Shown in pieces: positions 25,385 through 37,601 of a stretch of 58,121 nt of DNA. The first letter of the stretch is position 1. Every line of letters starts with the position of its first letter. Source of the DNA: an uncultured Christensenella sp. (lineage in GTDB: Bacteria; Bacillota; Clostridia; Christensenellales; UBA1242); NCBI GenBank assembly GCA_964439345.1, contig CAYTNS010000001.1:13001-71121 (forward strand). The letters are read 5' to 3'. Both the position numbers and the translations under genes were made by a program. The notes under the pieces were generated by a model. It did no database searches. It saw only the letters and a list, made by a program, of their open reading frames with translations, and was not told where the DNA came from.

Positions 25385-27337
25385 ATGAAGAAAAAATGGA
25401 AAGTTGCAATGCTCCTAACGGGAGTACTTGCCCTAGGCACACCTATTATATGTGAAAACAATTATTTTAATATTACACCTACTAATACTATCAGTACTAT
25501 AGATAGATATAGTTTTAATGAGTCCTATACTAATGTACTCCGTGGCGAAACTGACACGGTAACGATTGTAAATCCCGTACTTGAGGCAAGGCTAAGAACC
25601 ATACTAGGCATAGAATCGGACGAGCCATTGAGGGTAAATAGTATGATTACTAGTGCCAAATTTCAAGGCAAAAATTGTCTAGACCTTAGCAACACCGGCA
25701 TAGTAGATATACGAGAACTCTGCCAATTTATGTGGCCAGATACCCTAGTCGCTATAAACCTAGCTAGTAATGGCATTACCAATAGTGATTTAGGTAATAT
25801 TAGTTCATTTATGTCAGCAACGACCGGCACAACATTTACTATAGGTACGGGAGAAAACGCAAAAACCATCACCTCACCTAGCGACATATCCTCCACCCTA
25901 TTGCAAGTAAACCTTTGCTTTAATAATTTTGACCTAAGTGCACTTAGTTCATCAGACCTAAATAACGAAAAATATCTATGGGGTGTACAAAGATTATCCT
26001 ACCTAGATAGCACAAAACTAATACTAAATAATGAGTTATCTGCAAATAAAGTATTATATTACTTTAGGGATAGCGATTATAATTATTTATCTACAGTATA
26101 CGTTAAAAATGGCATCAATAAGGGAAGCTTTAAAAATAAAACTCTAGAAGGCTTTACCGATGACGGAATACTAGGAGAGATAGATATAAAAATAGGTGGA
26201 GTTACCACATCGGCTACCGGTTACTATAATGGCTGGAGTGTAAGCGAAAATTTCTCAGTATTCACCATATCACTAAAAAATACTCTTACAGTCGAAAGGA
26301 AAGACCCATTCCCAAATATCTCGGATAAAGTATTACTAAGCCCAGAGATAAATGCCAGTGTAAAAATAATAGGCAATCCAAATACCAAAGAGATAGGTGT
26401 AAATACTGTAAATGTTAGGGTTACTGCTAGTAACGGACTTACTAGAGTAGTTCCATTACAATACACAGTAGTAGATACCACCGCCCCAGTACTAAAACTA
26501 GTTGGTCCACAAACCATATACTGGAGTAGAAATACCAATTTTGACGATAGCAAATACAATTGCATAGCAATAGACAGTGGAGACGAAATACCTTTTAGCG
26601 AAATTACCGTTACCACCAATCTAGATGTAAAAGTTCTCAGTGGCAAAAACCCATACAAGATTACATACTCCTACACCGACAAGGGTGGCAATGAGGCTAA
26701 ACCAATAACAAGGCTAGTATATGTCCAAGAACAAGCACTAGATACTATAATCCTAAGATGTAATACTAAGCAAACACTATCGGGCAGAGAAATAGAACTG
26801 GAAGTTAAGCCAGATAGCAATATCCCTATGAATGAATATACTGGATTTACCTACGAATACAAGTGGTATGTAAATGGAGTATTGCAAGGAACAACTACGG
26901 GCGACAACAATGCAAAAAGCATAAAGACCATGATATTCGATAGCATTGGCTTAAAAGAAGTAAAAGCAGTGCTTGTAGCAAAGAATGGTTCACAAGTAAT
27001 CGAGGTTACCAGCGAAACCCTATACCTAGATGTAGAGAGTGGAGTAGATAATACTCAGATAATAATTATATCGTGTTCAATTGCTATACTACTAATAATT
27101 GCATTCTTTGCAATTAGAGTAATAATAAAAGCCAAGAGAGCTAGAAAAGGTGTGGCTAAAAAATCCAAGCCATCTAAGAAAAACGACCCAACCAAAGTAT
27201 CCAGACCACAGATAACTATAGTTAGTGGAGAAAATCCAAATAATTATGGTGGCAGTAGCTCGGGTGGAGGCAATACTATGAATAGATTGCCGGAAAACAA
27301 TGGCAATAATGACGACGACCAAATGAACCAATGGTAA
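25385..27337 (+). CDS. Surface protein with leucine-rich repeats, Ig-like (DUF5011/HYR-like) domain and C-terminal TM anchor
   Basis: Signal peptide, then LRR segments (LDLSNTGIVDIRELC, INLASNGITNSDLGNI). The Ig-like domain reads TTAPVLKLVGPQTIYW...YKITYSYTDKGGNEA. A C-terminal TM is followed by a basic, Gly/Asn-rich tail. Confidence 0.8.
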   Translation: MKKKWKVAMLLTGVLALGTPIICENNYFNITPTNTISTIDRYSFNESYTNVLRGETDTVTIVNPVLEARLRTILGIESDEPLRVNSMITSAKFQGKNCLDLSNTGIVDIRELCQFMWPDTLVAINLASNGITNSDLGNISSFMSATTGTTFTIGTGENAKTITSPSDISSTLLQVNLCFNNFDLSALSSSDLNNEKYLWGVQRLSYLDSTKLILNNELSANKVLYYFRDSDYNYLSTVYVKNGINKGSFKNKTLEGFTDDGILGEIDIKIGGVTTSATGYYNGWSVSENFSVFTISLKNTLTVERKDPFPNISDKVLLSPEINASVKIIGNPNTKEIGVNTVNVRVTASNGLTRVVPLQYTVVDTTAPVLKLVGPQTIYWSRNTNFDDSKYNCIAIDSGDEIPFSEITVTTNLDVKVLSGKNPYKITYSYTDKGGNEAKPITRLVYVQEQALDTIILRCNTKQTLSGREIELEVKPDSNIPMNEYTGFTYEYKWYVNGVLQGTTTGDNNAKSIKTMIFDSIGLKEVKAVLVAKNGSQVIEVTSETLYLDVESGVDNTQIIIISCSIAILLIIAFFAIRVIIKAKRARKGVAKKSKPSKKNDPTKVSRPQITIVSGENPNNYGGSSSGGGNTMNRLPENNGNNDDDQMNQW

Positions 27338-27361
27338 ACCCAAAATAAACACACAAAACAT

Positions 27362-27395
27362 AAAAAGAGAGGCAAATTAATGTCTCTCTTTTTTC
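27362..27395. terminator. Bidirectional terminator between convergent genes
   Basis: The stem agagag / ctctct is flanked by an A-run and a T-run. Confidence 0.5.
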
Positions 27396-27556
27396 TGTAT
27401 TATTACTTTATAAATTTCTGTATTATTACTTTATAAAGTTTTACTGTAAATCTTATAATGCTTTACTTTTAAAGTATTTTTTACTAATAGTTTATAACGA
27501 GTCGTATAGCCCCAATATTAGCCTATTCCATATTAATCCACTATGCTTAATTATGA

Positions 27557-29326
27557 CTATTTTGTAAGAGTATCATCTAGACTTTGGGCTCTATAATAAA
27601 AGTTTTCTTCCTGCTTCTTTTCCTCTTGAGCTCTAACTTTAGAAAGATTTTTAGTATTAGCACCAATTGCTAGATTTTCCTTGTTTATGTCAAAATCTGC
27701 TAGAGTTTTGTCAATAAACCAGCTATCTATTGTCAAATTATCCACATTGCTCTGCAAAGATGGAAGCAAATTAATTATCTCTTCATTGATATTTGAATCT
27801 AGAGACAATTTAACATCGTCTATGTAAAGTTCTACATTTTCGGAAGCATCGGTAGATAATATCCTCACATAATCGGCGATACATTTATCTAGATATTCCC
27901 TGCCATCATCGCTATCGTTTAGAATATTTTTTAGTATTGCTCTTAACCTTAATATCTGCTTTTGTTTTAGATTACTAAGAATGGAGCTTTGCTTAATTTC
28001 TTTTAATTCTCCCATCTTATCATCTATAACACCTTGCAATACGGTAGCCACCTCTAGCCTAAAATATTCTTGCAAAAATTCTTGCACATTTACTCCGTCA
28101 AGTTCGTCGCTCGTTCTAAATAGCACTCGAGATATTACACCCTTTTTACTATCCAAATCTTTCTTTTGGTATGCTCTATCTTCTTCCGAAGTAAATAGCC
28201 TATATAGTTTGGATACAAAGTCATAATTACTAATGCCGATATCGGTTAGACTCAATTGATATTCACCATTTCTAGTGATACATTTTTTTAATTTCTTAAC
28301 CTCTTCGGCTATCTCAATTTCTTTCTCTACACTTTCTCTTAGTTTATATAGTTTAAATAGCTCACCCTTATCGGCTTTGCTATCCTCTTCCATCTTGCCT
28401 ATTTTATCTTCTATTAAATTGATAGCCACTTTTTCCACTAGGAACATTAGGTACTCGGTAGGGGTATAACTCCTGCCATCACTTCTAAATACTACCGATT
28501 GTTCTTTGGCAATAATATTATCTTTAAGAACAGAGGTAATAGCCGAACTATCTATAGCAGATATAGCATCAGTTCTGGATTTAAAGTAAGTATCGCCCTT
28601 GCTTGGTTTCTCGCCAAAGCCAATATAATCATTCACTCTAGCTAGTAATGGGTTAACCCCACCAACCCCCTCAAACCTAGTAGGATAATCTTCCTTTATA
28701 CTCTCTATCTCTTTTACTATAGTAGATACACTAGAATAATCGGTATATATAATTACAGTATCACACCTATCATCGGTATTTAAAAATTTGATAGATGCAG
28801 GATATTCCGAAAGATATGCCCTATCTATAAATTCCTTTACAAAAGGCACTACCTTATCGCTAGGAAGATTGATATATAGTCTAGCCGTAGTATCATTTTT
28901 TACCTTTTGATTGTATAGCTTATTGATATCAATATAAATAAAATACTTATCCTCTAATTTATTTACATATTGAAATTCTATAGGTAGTATTCCTGTAAAC
29001 TTGCCACCCTTTATATATTCGTAGCACTCTCTGCCAGATAGATTACTAGGTGAATATATTTTCCCGTGTGTAACTCTATATACGGCACTAGTAGTACTAT
29101 TTTGATTTAAGCAATACCAATCGGCATATTTGCCTAGTAAAAACTCATACAAAACCTTGTCATCAATGCTACCAGTATTATGTGCACCCATAGTAATAAA
29201 GTAGGTGTAGAGGTCCAATTTCTCGCTATTATCACGGGTCAACTCTATTACACTTTTGTCAACACCCTCTATCCCACTCAAAAATTTTTCTTTTTCCTTG
29301 ATACTGCCTAGTCTAGACATATCCAC
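27557..29326 (-). CDS. Hypothetical 589-aa cytoplasmic protein (orphan; N-terminal globular domain plus C-terminal coiled coil)
   Basis: Long ORF with no TM. The pattern RLYINLPSDKVVPFVKEF...IKFLNTDDRCDTVIIYT loosely recalls HopA1 and the LanKC N-terminal lyase-like fold. That resemblance is from memory only. Confidence 0.7.
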   Translation of the reverse strand: MDMSRLGSIKEKEKFLSGIEGVDKSVIELTRDNSEKLDLYTYFITMGAHNTGSIDDKVLYEFLLGKYADWYCLNQNSTTSAVYRVTHGKIYSPSNLSGRECYEYIKGGKFTGILPIEFQYVNKLEDKYFIYIDINKLYNQKVKNDTTARLYINLPSDKVVPFVKEFIDRAYLSEYPASIKFLNTDDRCDTVIIYTDYSSVSTIVKEIESIKEDYPTRFEGVGGVNPLLARVNDYIGFGEKPSKGDTYFKSRTDAISAIDSSAITSVLKDNIIAKEQSVVFRSDGRSYTPTEYLMFLVEKVAINLIEDKIGKMEEDSKADKGELFKLYKLRESVEKEIEIAEEVKKLKKCITRNGEYQLSLTDIGISNYDFVSKLYRLFTSEEDRAYQKKDLDSKKGVISRVLFRTSDELDGVNVQEFLQEYFRLEVATVLQGVIDDKMGELKEIKQSSILSNLKQKQILRLRAILKNILNDSDDGREYLDKCIADYVRILSTDASENVELYIDDVKLSLDSNINEEIINLLPSLQSNVDNLTIDSWFIDKTLADFDINKENLAIGANTKNLSKVRAQEEKKQEENFYYRAQSLDDTLTK

Positions 29327-29472
29327 CCTCCAATGTATCTTATATGTAAAATACTTCTTTAGTCTTATAAAAAAGGAAAACCCCTATAGAAAATATTCTA
29401 TATCAGATTTCCCTTTTTCACATTTATAGTCGATTACAATTCTACTATATTCTCAATTAAATTTCAAGCGAT

Positions 29473-32040
29473 TTACAATAATTCGCTATCGTCCATATTA
29501 GGTGCTACTGCCTCTACCTCGACTGGTTCAGCCACCTCAGGCACTACAGGTTCGCTCTCCTCGATAGTCTCGGCCAGTTTTTCCTCCGATGCTTCCGATG
29601 GAGTAACTGCTACAGATACTATCTTTGCATTCCCCTTCATCTTCATTATTCTTACGCCCTTGGTATTTCTACCTATCTTATTTATCTCTTTTGCACCCAC
29701 TCTAATAACTACACCGTCATCGGCAATTAGCATAATATCATCGTCTTCGGTTACTTGTTTTAGGTTAACTAGTTTACCAGTTTCTTCGTTAAAGATACCA
29801 GCCTTGATACCTTTACCATTTCTACCCTGCAATCTATATTCACCCTCGCCCGACCTCTTGCCGTAGCCATTCTCGGTGATTGTTAACATATCGCTATTTG
29901 GGTTAACTAGAGTCATATCTACTATAGTCTCGCCCTCCGACATCTTCATAGCTTTAACACCCATAGTGTCTCTGCCTAGTGGTCTAACTGTATTTTCATT
30001 GAATCTAATACACTTGCCCTCGCTACTGCAGATAAGTACTTCGTCGTTGCCACTAGTTAGGAAGACAGATATTAGCTCGTCACCCTCAGCTAGTTTAATA
30101 GCAATCTTGCCCCCCTTACGGATAGACAAGAATTCTTCGCTCTTAGTCTTCTTGATTAGACCAAACTTGGTAGCCATCATTAGATAGCCCTCGTCTTCTG
30201 GGTGGATAGGTATGATAGTAGTAATTCTCTCATCATTATCTACCTGAAGCAAGTTAACCATCGCTCTACCCTTACTATTCTTCATAGCCTCTGGTACTTC
30301 GTAAGCTTTTAGGATATACACTCTACCCTTGCTACTGAAGCACATTAGGTTATCGTGAGATGATGTAACATATATCTTCTCTACAAAGTCGGTATCCTTG
30401 GTTTTGTGTCCTACAACACCCATTCCACCTCTATGCTGACTCTTGTACTCCGATACAGGCATTCTCTTGATATATCCACTATGAGTTAGGGATAATACTA
30501 CAGTCTCTCTAGGGATTAGGTCGGCAATATCTAGTCCAGTATAGTCTAGACGGATTTCGGTCTTTCTAGGTACACCATACTTAGTCTTAATCTCAATTAG
30601 GTCGCCCTTGATTATCTCTAGTACTCTAGCCTCACTAGCTAGGATTTCTTTGTACTCTTTAATTAATCTCTCTACTTCTTCTAGTTCTGCTTTTAGCTTC
30701 TCAACCTCTAGACCAGTAAGCTTTTGAAGTCTCATATCTAGAATTGCATTAGCTTGTTTTTCGTCTAGATTAAATAGTCTAGTTAATCTCTCTACAGCAT
30801 CATTTTTATCGGTAGATAATTTAATCTGTCTAATAACCTCGTCGATATTAGCCTGAGCAATTACTAAGCCTCTTAAAATATGTGCTCTAGCCTCTGCCTT
30901 GTCTAATTCAAACTTGGTTCTCCTAGTGATAACCTCTTTTTGGAATTTAACATAGTGCTCTAAAATTTCCTTTAGAGGCAATGTCTTAGGAGTGCCATCC
31001 ACTAGGGCTAGATTGATAGCACCGAATGATACTTGCAATTGAGTGTGTTTGAATAGATTATTTAGAACGACTTGTGCATTTGCGTCCCTCTTTACATCTA
31101 CTACTATTCTCATACCCTCTCTATCACTTTCTTCCTTGATATCGGATATGCCCTCAATTCTCTTTGACTTAACCATATCGGCTATTTGAATAATAAGTTT
31201 TGCTTTGTTTACCTGATAAGGTATCTCGGTTATTACTATTCTCTCTCTGCCATTTTCCTCTTCTATCTCGGTCTTGGCTCTAATAATAAATGCACCCTTA
31301 CCAGTCTCATACATTTCTCTAATACCCTTGCCACCTACAACTATACCCTTGGTTGGGAAGTCTGGTGCTGGGATATATTTCATAAGTTCATCTAGTGTAA
31401 TCTCGGGATTATCAATTAGGGCGATAACGCCATTGATAACCTCGCATAGATTGTGTGGAGGGATATTGGTTGCCATACCTACGGCAATACCATCACTACC
31501 ATTTACTAGCAAATTTGGAAATCTACTAGGTAGTACGGTAGGTTGCATCTCTCTACCATCAAAGTTTGGATAAAAATCAACTGTCTCTTGGTTTATGCCA
31601 TTAAGCATTTCACTAGCGATTTTACTTAGTCTTGCCTCGGTATAACGCTGAGCTGCTGGAGGGTCTCCATCGACCGAACCGAAGTTTCCGTGTCCCTCTA
31701 CTAGTGGGCAATTGATTGTAAAGTCTTGCGCTAGTCTAACTAGGGCATCATAGATAGCCGAGTCACCGTGTGGGTGAAATTTACCCATAACCTCACCGAC
31801 AATAGTAGCACATTTTCTAAATGGCTTATCATTGTAAAGTCCTAGGTTTGCACCCATTGCATATATAATTCTTCTGTGAACGGGTTTTAGACCGTCTCTT
31901 ACATCGGGAATAGCACGGCTAACGTTTACTGCCATAGCATAGGCAATAAATGATTTTTCTAGTTCCTCTTTAACTTTGACATCTAAGATTTTACTAGCAT
32001 CTATTTTATCTAAAATCTTTTCTATTTCATCTCTTTCCAT
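29473..32040 (-). CDS. gyrA: DNA gyrase subunit A
   Basis: AMAVNVSRAIPDVRDGLKPVHRRIIYAM, the QRDR-type HPHGDSAIYDALVRLAQ, and C-terminal beta-pinwheel repeats. AGGAG Shine-Dalgarno. Confidence 0.98.
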   Translation of the reverse strand: MERDEIEKILDKIDASKILDVKVKEELEKSFIAYAMAVNVSRAIPDVRDGLKPVHRRIIYAMGANLGLYNDKPFRKCATIVGEVMGKFHPHGDSAIYDALVRLAQDFTINCPLVEGHGNFGSVDGDPPAAQRYTEARLSKIASEMLNGINQETVDFYPNFDGREMQPTVLPSRFPNLLVNGSDGIAVGMATNIPPHNLCEVINGVIALIDNPEITLDELMKYIPAPDFPTKGIVVGGKGIREMYETGKGAFIIRAKTEIEEENGRERIVITEIPYQVNKAKLIIQIADMVKSKRIEGISDIKEESDREGMRIVVDVKRDANAQVVLNNLFKHTQLQVSFGAINLALVDGTPKTLPLKEILEHYVKFQKEVITRRTKFELDKAEARAHILRGLVIAQANIDEVIRQIKLSTDKNDAVERLTRLFNLDEKQANAILDMRLQKLTGLEVEKLKAELEEVERLIKEYKEILASEARVLEIIKGDLIEIKTKYGVPRKTEIRLDYTGLDIADLIPRETVVLSLTHSGYIKRMPVSEYKSQHRGGMGVVGHKTKDTDFVEKIYVTSSHDNLMCFSSKGRVYILKAYEVPEAMKNSKGRAMVNLLQVDNDERITTIIPIHPEDEGYLMMATKFGLIKKTKSEEFLSIRKGGKIAIKLAEGDELISVFLTSGNDEVLICSSEGKCIRFNENTVRPLGRDTMGVKAMKMSEGETIVDMTLVNPNSDMLTITENGYGKRSGEGEYRLQGRNGKGIKAGIFNEETGKLVNLKQVTEDDDIMLIADDGVVIRVGAKEINKIGRNTKGVRIMKMKGNAKIVSVAVTPSEASEEKLAETIEESEPVVPEVAEPVEVEAVAPNMDDSELL

Positions 32041-32059
32041 AGTTTACTCCTAATTTACC

Positions 32060-34015
<1,956 letters not shown>

Positions 34016-34288
34016 TTAAATACAGCATAAATAATATTTTTAGATATCAAAATTATATCACAAATTTACCACTTTTACAATTATTTTATGATATATTATA
34101 ATATTATTTACTATATTATATTAATATATAGCCAAAATTCGCTCAATTTTGCCCCGTAAAGAGGCGATACTAGACATCTTATCGCTAAATAGTAGACAAT
34201 GTTTCCTAGCCGTACAGCGATGACACTGCCACCATTACTACACCCTATTCCATACATCAATTTACCCCATTTTACGAAAAATTCACTA

Positions 34289-34318
34289 TTGACATTGAAA
34301 TATATAGGGTGATATAAT
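34289..34318 (+). promoter_or_regulatory. Sigma-70-type promoter with extended -10
   Basis: TTGACA-18 nt-(TGA)TATAAT, about 100 nt upstream of the 34422 start. Confidence 0.55.
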
Positions 34319-34421
34319 TATTAAAATTAGAAATGTGGGCAATTCCCGTGGAAAAATAGTTTTAAAAAATTTTGCCCCTAAAAATTAATTCCAACTAAAA
34401 TACATAATGGGGGGTGTATTT

Positions 34422-35132
34422 ATGAGATTAACAGATGGAGAAACTAACGCATTAACACTAGTTATAGCTAGTATGCTAAAGGGTGTATCGGTACAGATGA
34501 TACAGATGCCTAATTTTAATCCTGACATCGATAAAAGCGAATTTACCGTATTTGGAATATCTTCCAAAGATAAGAAATTAGATATAACTATCAATCCTGA
34601 CGAAAAAGATATCGAAAAGTGTAGAGCAAATTTTGCTAGTAGCCTAGCACAATTATATAATTACACACACCCTGGCTCTGATATTAAACCCGAAAAAATA
34701 AAAAATGATAATATAGCACAGTCCACTATGCTACTAAACCTAATATCTACTAGCAAAGATATCGCACTTACAAGTCCAATAGAGAGTGGAGATAGAATAT
34801 CTAGAGCAAAAGCTAATCGTCAACATTTCCGTTCAATGATGATGAAGTGTGACCCTATCGGCAATGAAAACGGCATACTATTCTTTGCGCAGACATATAT
34901 CCACGAAATATATGAGAACTTGCGTCCTGTAACTGGAGTGATGGTAAATAATGCCATAGAACAAAATAGAGTAGCTTATGTAGAATATCTAACTATGATG
35001 AATGATATCCTATCCGACATTAGTAAGTCTATAGATAATGACGACTTTCGTGCCTTCCCTCACCCAGATAACGATAGTGACTGGGACGATATGGATTATC
35101 CCGATGACGAAGGCGATGGAATGGATTATTAA
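34422..35132 (+). CDS. Hypothetical protein with strongly acidic C-terminus
   Basis: The track ORF begins at 34407, but a GGGGGGTG Shine-Dalgarno sits inside it and fits the ATG at 34422 (MRLTDGETN...). No family recognised. The tail reads DNDSDWDDMDYPDDEGDGMDY. Confidence 0.65.
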   Translation: MRLTDGETNALTLVIASMLKGVSVQMIQMPNFNPDIDKSEFTVFGISSKDKKLDITINPDEKDIEKCRANFASSLAQLYNYTHPGSDIKPEKIKNDNIAQSTMLLNLISTSKDIALTSPIESGDRISRAKANRQHFRSMMMKCDPIGNENGILFFAQTYIHEIYENLRPVTGVMVNNAIEQNRVAYVEYLTMMNDILSDISKSIDNDDFRAFPHPDNDSDWDDMDYPDDEGDGMDY

Positions 35133-35230
35133 GATATAAATAATTTATCTAATACTATTAGCAATAACTATGATTTTATAACTATTTTAAAAAATGTTTT
35201 TTAGCAAATAATTTAAAACGATTAACATTT

Positions 35231-35262
35231 AAAAATCCCCTAGATTTAGGGGATTTTATTTG
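35231..35262 (+). terminator. Intrinsic terminator
   Basis: The stem aaatcccc / ggggattt with a T-run. Confidence 0.65.
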
Positions 35263-35406
35263 TATGCACACTCTAATTTTACGATAAAATTTATTTAACT
35301 AAAAATAATTTTTTATACATAATTTTCGCTAGTATACCGTCTTTTATTTGCAAAGAATTTATCCTAAATGTTATAATTCAATTAGTTTATTTTTTAGGAG
35401 ATGAAA

Positions 35407-36609
35407 ATGGATTTATTTAATAAATGTAACAATGAATTTATGCAGATGGTCAATGGACTAAAAGAGGATAATATATATCCATACTTTACTGCCCTAACAT
35501 CTGGTCAAGATACCGAAGTTATGATGAACGACAGAAAAACTGTAATGATAGGCTCTAATAATTATCTAGGACTAACTAGCCACCCCGATGTAATTAGTGC
35601 CGGAGTAGAGGCACTAAAAAAATACGGTTCGGGCTGTAGTGGTAGCAGATTTTTAAATGGCACACTAGATGAGCATATTAAATTAGAGGAAGAACTAGCC
35701 GACTTTTTACACAAAGAAGCAGTAGTTACTTTCTCCACTGGCTTTCAATCCAATCTAGGAATCATAAGTGCACTATGTGGTAGAAATGATGTAATAGTAG
35801 GAGATAAGGAAAATCACGCTAGTATATATGACGCTTGTAGATTAAGCTATGCAAAGTTACTTAGATATGAGCATAGCGATATGGCAGACCTAGAGAGACA
35901 ACTAAAATCTATCCCCGAAGACAAAGGTATACTAATAGTAACCGATGGACTATTCTCGATGGGTGGAGATATAGCTAATTTGCCAGAGATAGTAAGACTA
36001 GCTAAAAAATACGGTGCTAGAATAATGGTAGACGATGCCCACGGACTAGGAGTACTAGGAGAGCACGGTAGAGGCACTGCAGAGTACTGGGGACTAGAAA
36101 ATGAGGTAGATATCTATATGGGAACATTTAGCAAGTCCCTTGCCTCCCTAGGTGGCTATATGGCTGGTAAAAAAGAGGTTGTAGACTTCGTAAGACACAC
36201 TAGCCGTCCATTTATATTCTCAGCCTCTATAACCCCTGCCAGTGTCGCTTGTGCTAGAGCAGCATTAAAAATCCTTAGAGAAAACCCCGATAGAGTGGCA
36301 AAACTAAGAGAAGTGAGCGATTATATGCGTAAAGGTCTAAAGGAGAATGGAGTAGCCATAATAGAGGCAACCACCCCTATTATCCCTATATACACCTACA
36401 CCAATGAAAGAACCTTTATGGCTTGTAGAATGCTTCAAGATAGAGGGGTATATGTAAACCCTGTAGTTTCTCCAGCAGTGCCTGTAGGTCAATGCTTACT
36501 AAGAACCAGCTACACTGCCACTCACACAAAAGAGCAATTAGATAGAGCAATAAAAGCAATCGCAGAGGTTATGAAGGAACTCCCTCCATACAACCCAGAG
36601 GAGAAATAA
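35407..36609 (+). CDS. PLP-dependent alpha-oxoamine synthase family enzyme, serine palmitoyltransferase-like
   Basis: The fold-type I AOS pattern is present (NNYLGL, DDAHGLGVLG). The PLP-lysine motif is GTFSKSLASLGGY. The ATG at 35407 is better spaced from the AGGAG than the track start at 35401. Confidence 0.85.
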   Translation: MDLFNKCNNEFMQMVNGLKEDNIYPYFTALTSGQDTEVMMNDRKTVMIGSNNYLGLTSHPDVISAGVEALKKYGSGCSGSRFLNGTLDEHIKLEEELADFLHKEAVVTFSTGFQSNLGIISALCGRNDVIVGDKENHASIYDACRLSYAKLLRYEHSDMADLERQLKSIPEDKGILIVTDGLFSMGGDIANLPEIVRLAKKYGARIMVDDAHGLGVLGEHGRGTAEYWGLENEVDIYMGTFSKSLASLGGYMAGKKEVVDFVRHTSRPFIFSASITPASVACARAALKILRENPDRVAKLREVSDYMRKGLKENGVAIIEATTPIIPIYTYTNERTFMACRMLQDRGVYVNPVVSPAVPVGQCLLRTSYTATHTKEQLDRAIKAIAEVMKELPPYNPEEK

Positions 36610-36758
36610 GTAAATATAATTTGAATTTTTTGTAGCAACTATCAATGCGACAATAAATTTAGATAAAAATACAAAAATATATATTGCATATATGCTCTAC
36701 CAAATTATCTAGAGCCCATGCTCTCAAATATACAAAAAAAATACTATCTATAGATAGC

Positions 36759-36796
36759 AAAAAACATCTTACAAAAATGTAAGATGTTTTTATTTT
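36759..36796. terminator. Bidirectional terminator between convergent genes
   Basis: An 11-bp perfect stem aacatcttaca / tgtaagatgtt with an aaaa loop, flanked by A- and T-runs. Confidence 0.65.
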
Positions 36797-36842
36797 ACTT
36801 AAAGTTTTATTGAAACCTTCTCTATAAAGTCTATAATAATCC

Positions 36843-37601
36843 CTACGCAACAGGAGCATCAAGACTCAAGCAATTACTAACTTGACTTGCTAAAACTCCC
36901 GTCCTCTCCAACATATATTGTTTTCTTGCTACAGCCACATCTGACTGTCCTTGAAGTGGTTGGTAAGAATCAATAATCTCAGGAAGTTTTTGTGAAAGAT
37001 TTTCCCTTGTGATACCCTTGTGTTTTAACGATGAATCACTAAGCCTAGCATACATACTAGCCACTTCTTCTGTTGGAACAAATTGACCCCAAGGCTGTTG
37101 CTCCATCTTTCCCACATCAATTCCTAGCTCTTCTAATATTGGAGCAAGGAACATCAAATCTTTTGCAACTTCGTCTATTCCTATCATTTGGATTGGCAAA
37201 TGTTGAAATAATCTCTTATCCTGTTTTTCTGCATCTCTATTATATTTTTTAGCATTATTCGTCACCCATGTATCATGGATTTCTTTTAAAATAGTCATAA
37301 CCGATGTCATAACCTGCTCTCTAGACATATCTTGAGATATTTGCCTTCCTAAATTTTCAAAATAGCCCTCTGGAGCGCTCTCTTCTCCAGTAAGATATTC
37401 CGTTTTAATCATTTTCCCATTTAATATATGCTTTTCTATACCCCATTTTGCTGCCATAATAGAACTAGAAGCATACGATTGCTGATCTAATTCCTCACAT
37501 GTTGATGAATTTGCCAACTCTAGTGCTTGATTATAATCCATACCATTCCAAGACATCAAGGCACTTACATGTGCTCTTTTTGCTGCTGATAAATTTGACA
37601 T
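36843..37601 (-). CDS. Hypothetical 252-aa soluble protein (orphan), adjacent to the tRNA-linked repeat array
   Basis: Clean ORF with a GAGGAGG Shine-Dalgarno. No family recognised. By eye its codon style is less CTA/ATA-rich than the neighbouring genes. Confidence 0.65.
   Translation of the reverse strand: MSNLSAAKRAHVSALMSWNGMDYNQALELANSSTCEELDQQSYASSSIMAAKWGIEKHILNGKMIKTEYLTGEESAPEGYFENLGRQISQDMSREQVMTSVMTILKEIHDTWVTNNAKKYNRDAEKQDKRLFQHLPIQMIGIDEVAKDLMFLAPILEELGIDVGKMEQQPWGQFVPTEEVASMYARLSDSSLKHKGITRENLSQKLPEIIDSYQPLQGQSDVAVARKQYMLERTGVLASQVSNCLSLDAPVA

Noticed and set aside
34021-34406. The AT-rich 386-bp spacer upstream of gyrB as oriC, given that gyrB often follows dnaA-dnaN-recF.
   Set aside because: I found no TTATCCACA-like boxes there and no dnaA or dnaN nearby. 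It contains a good divergent promoter (TTGACA-18-TATAAT) that explains part of it. A GC-richer stretch at 34130-34250 with a gcgata/tatcgc hairpin remains unexplained but unsupported.
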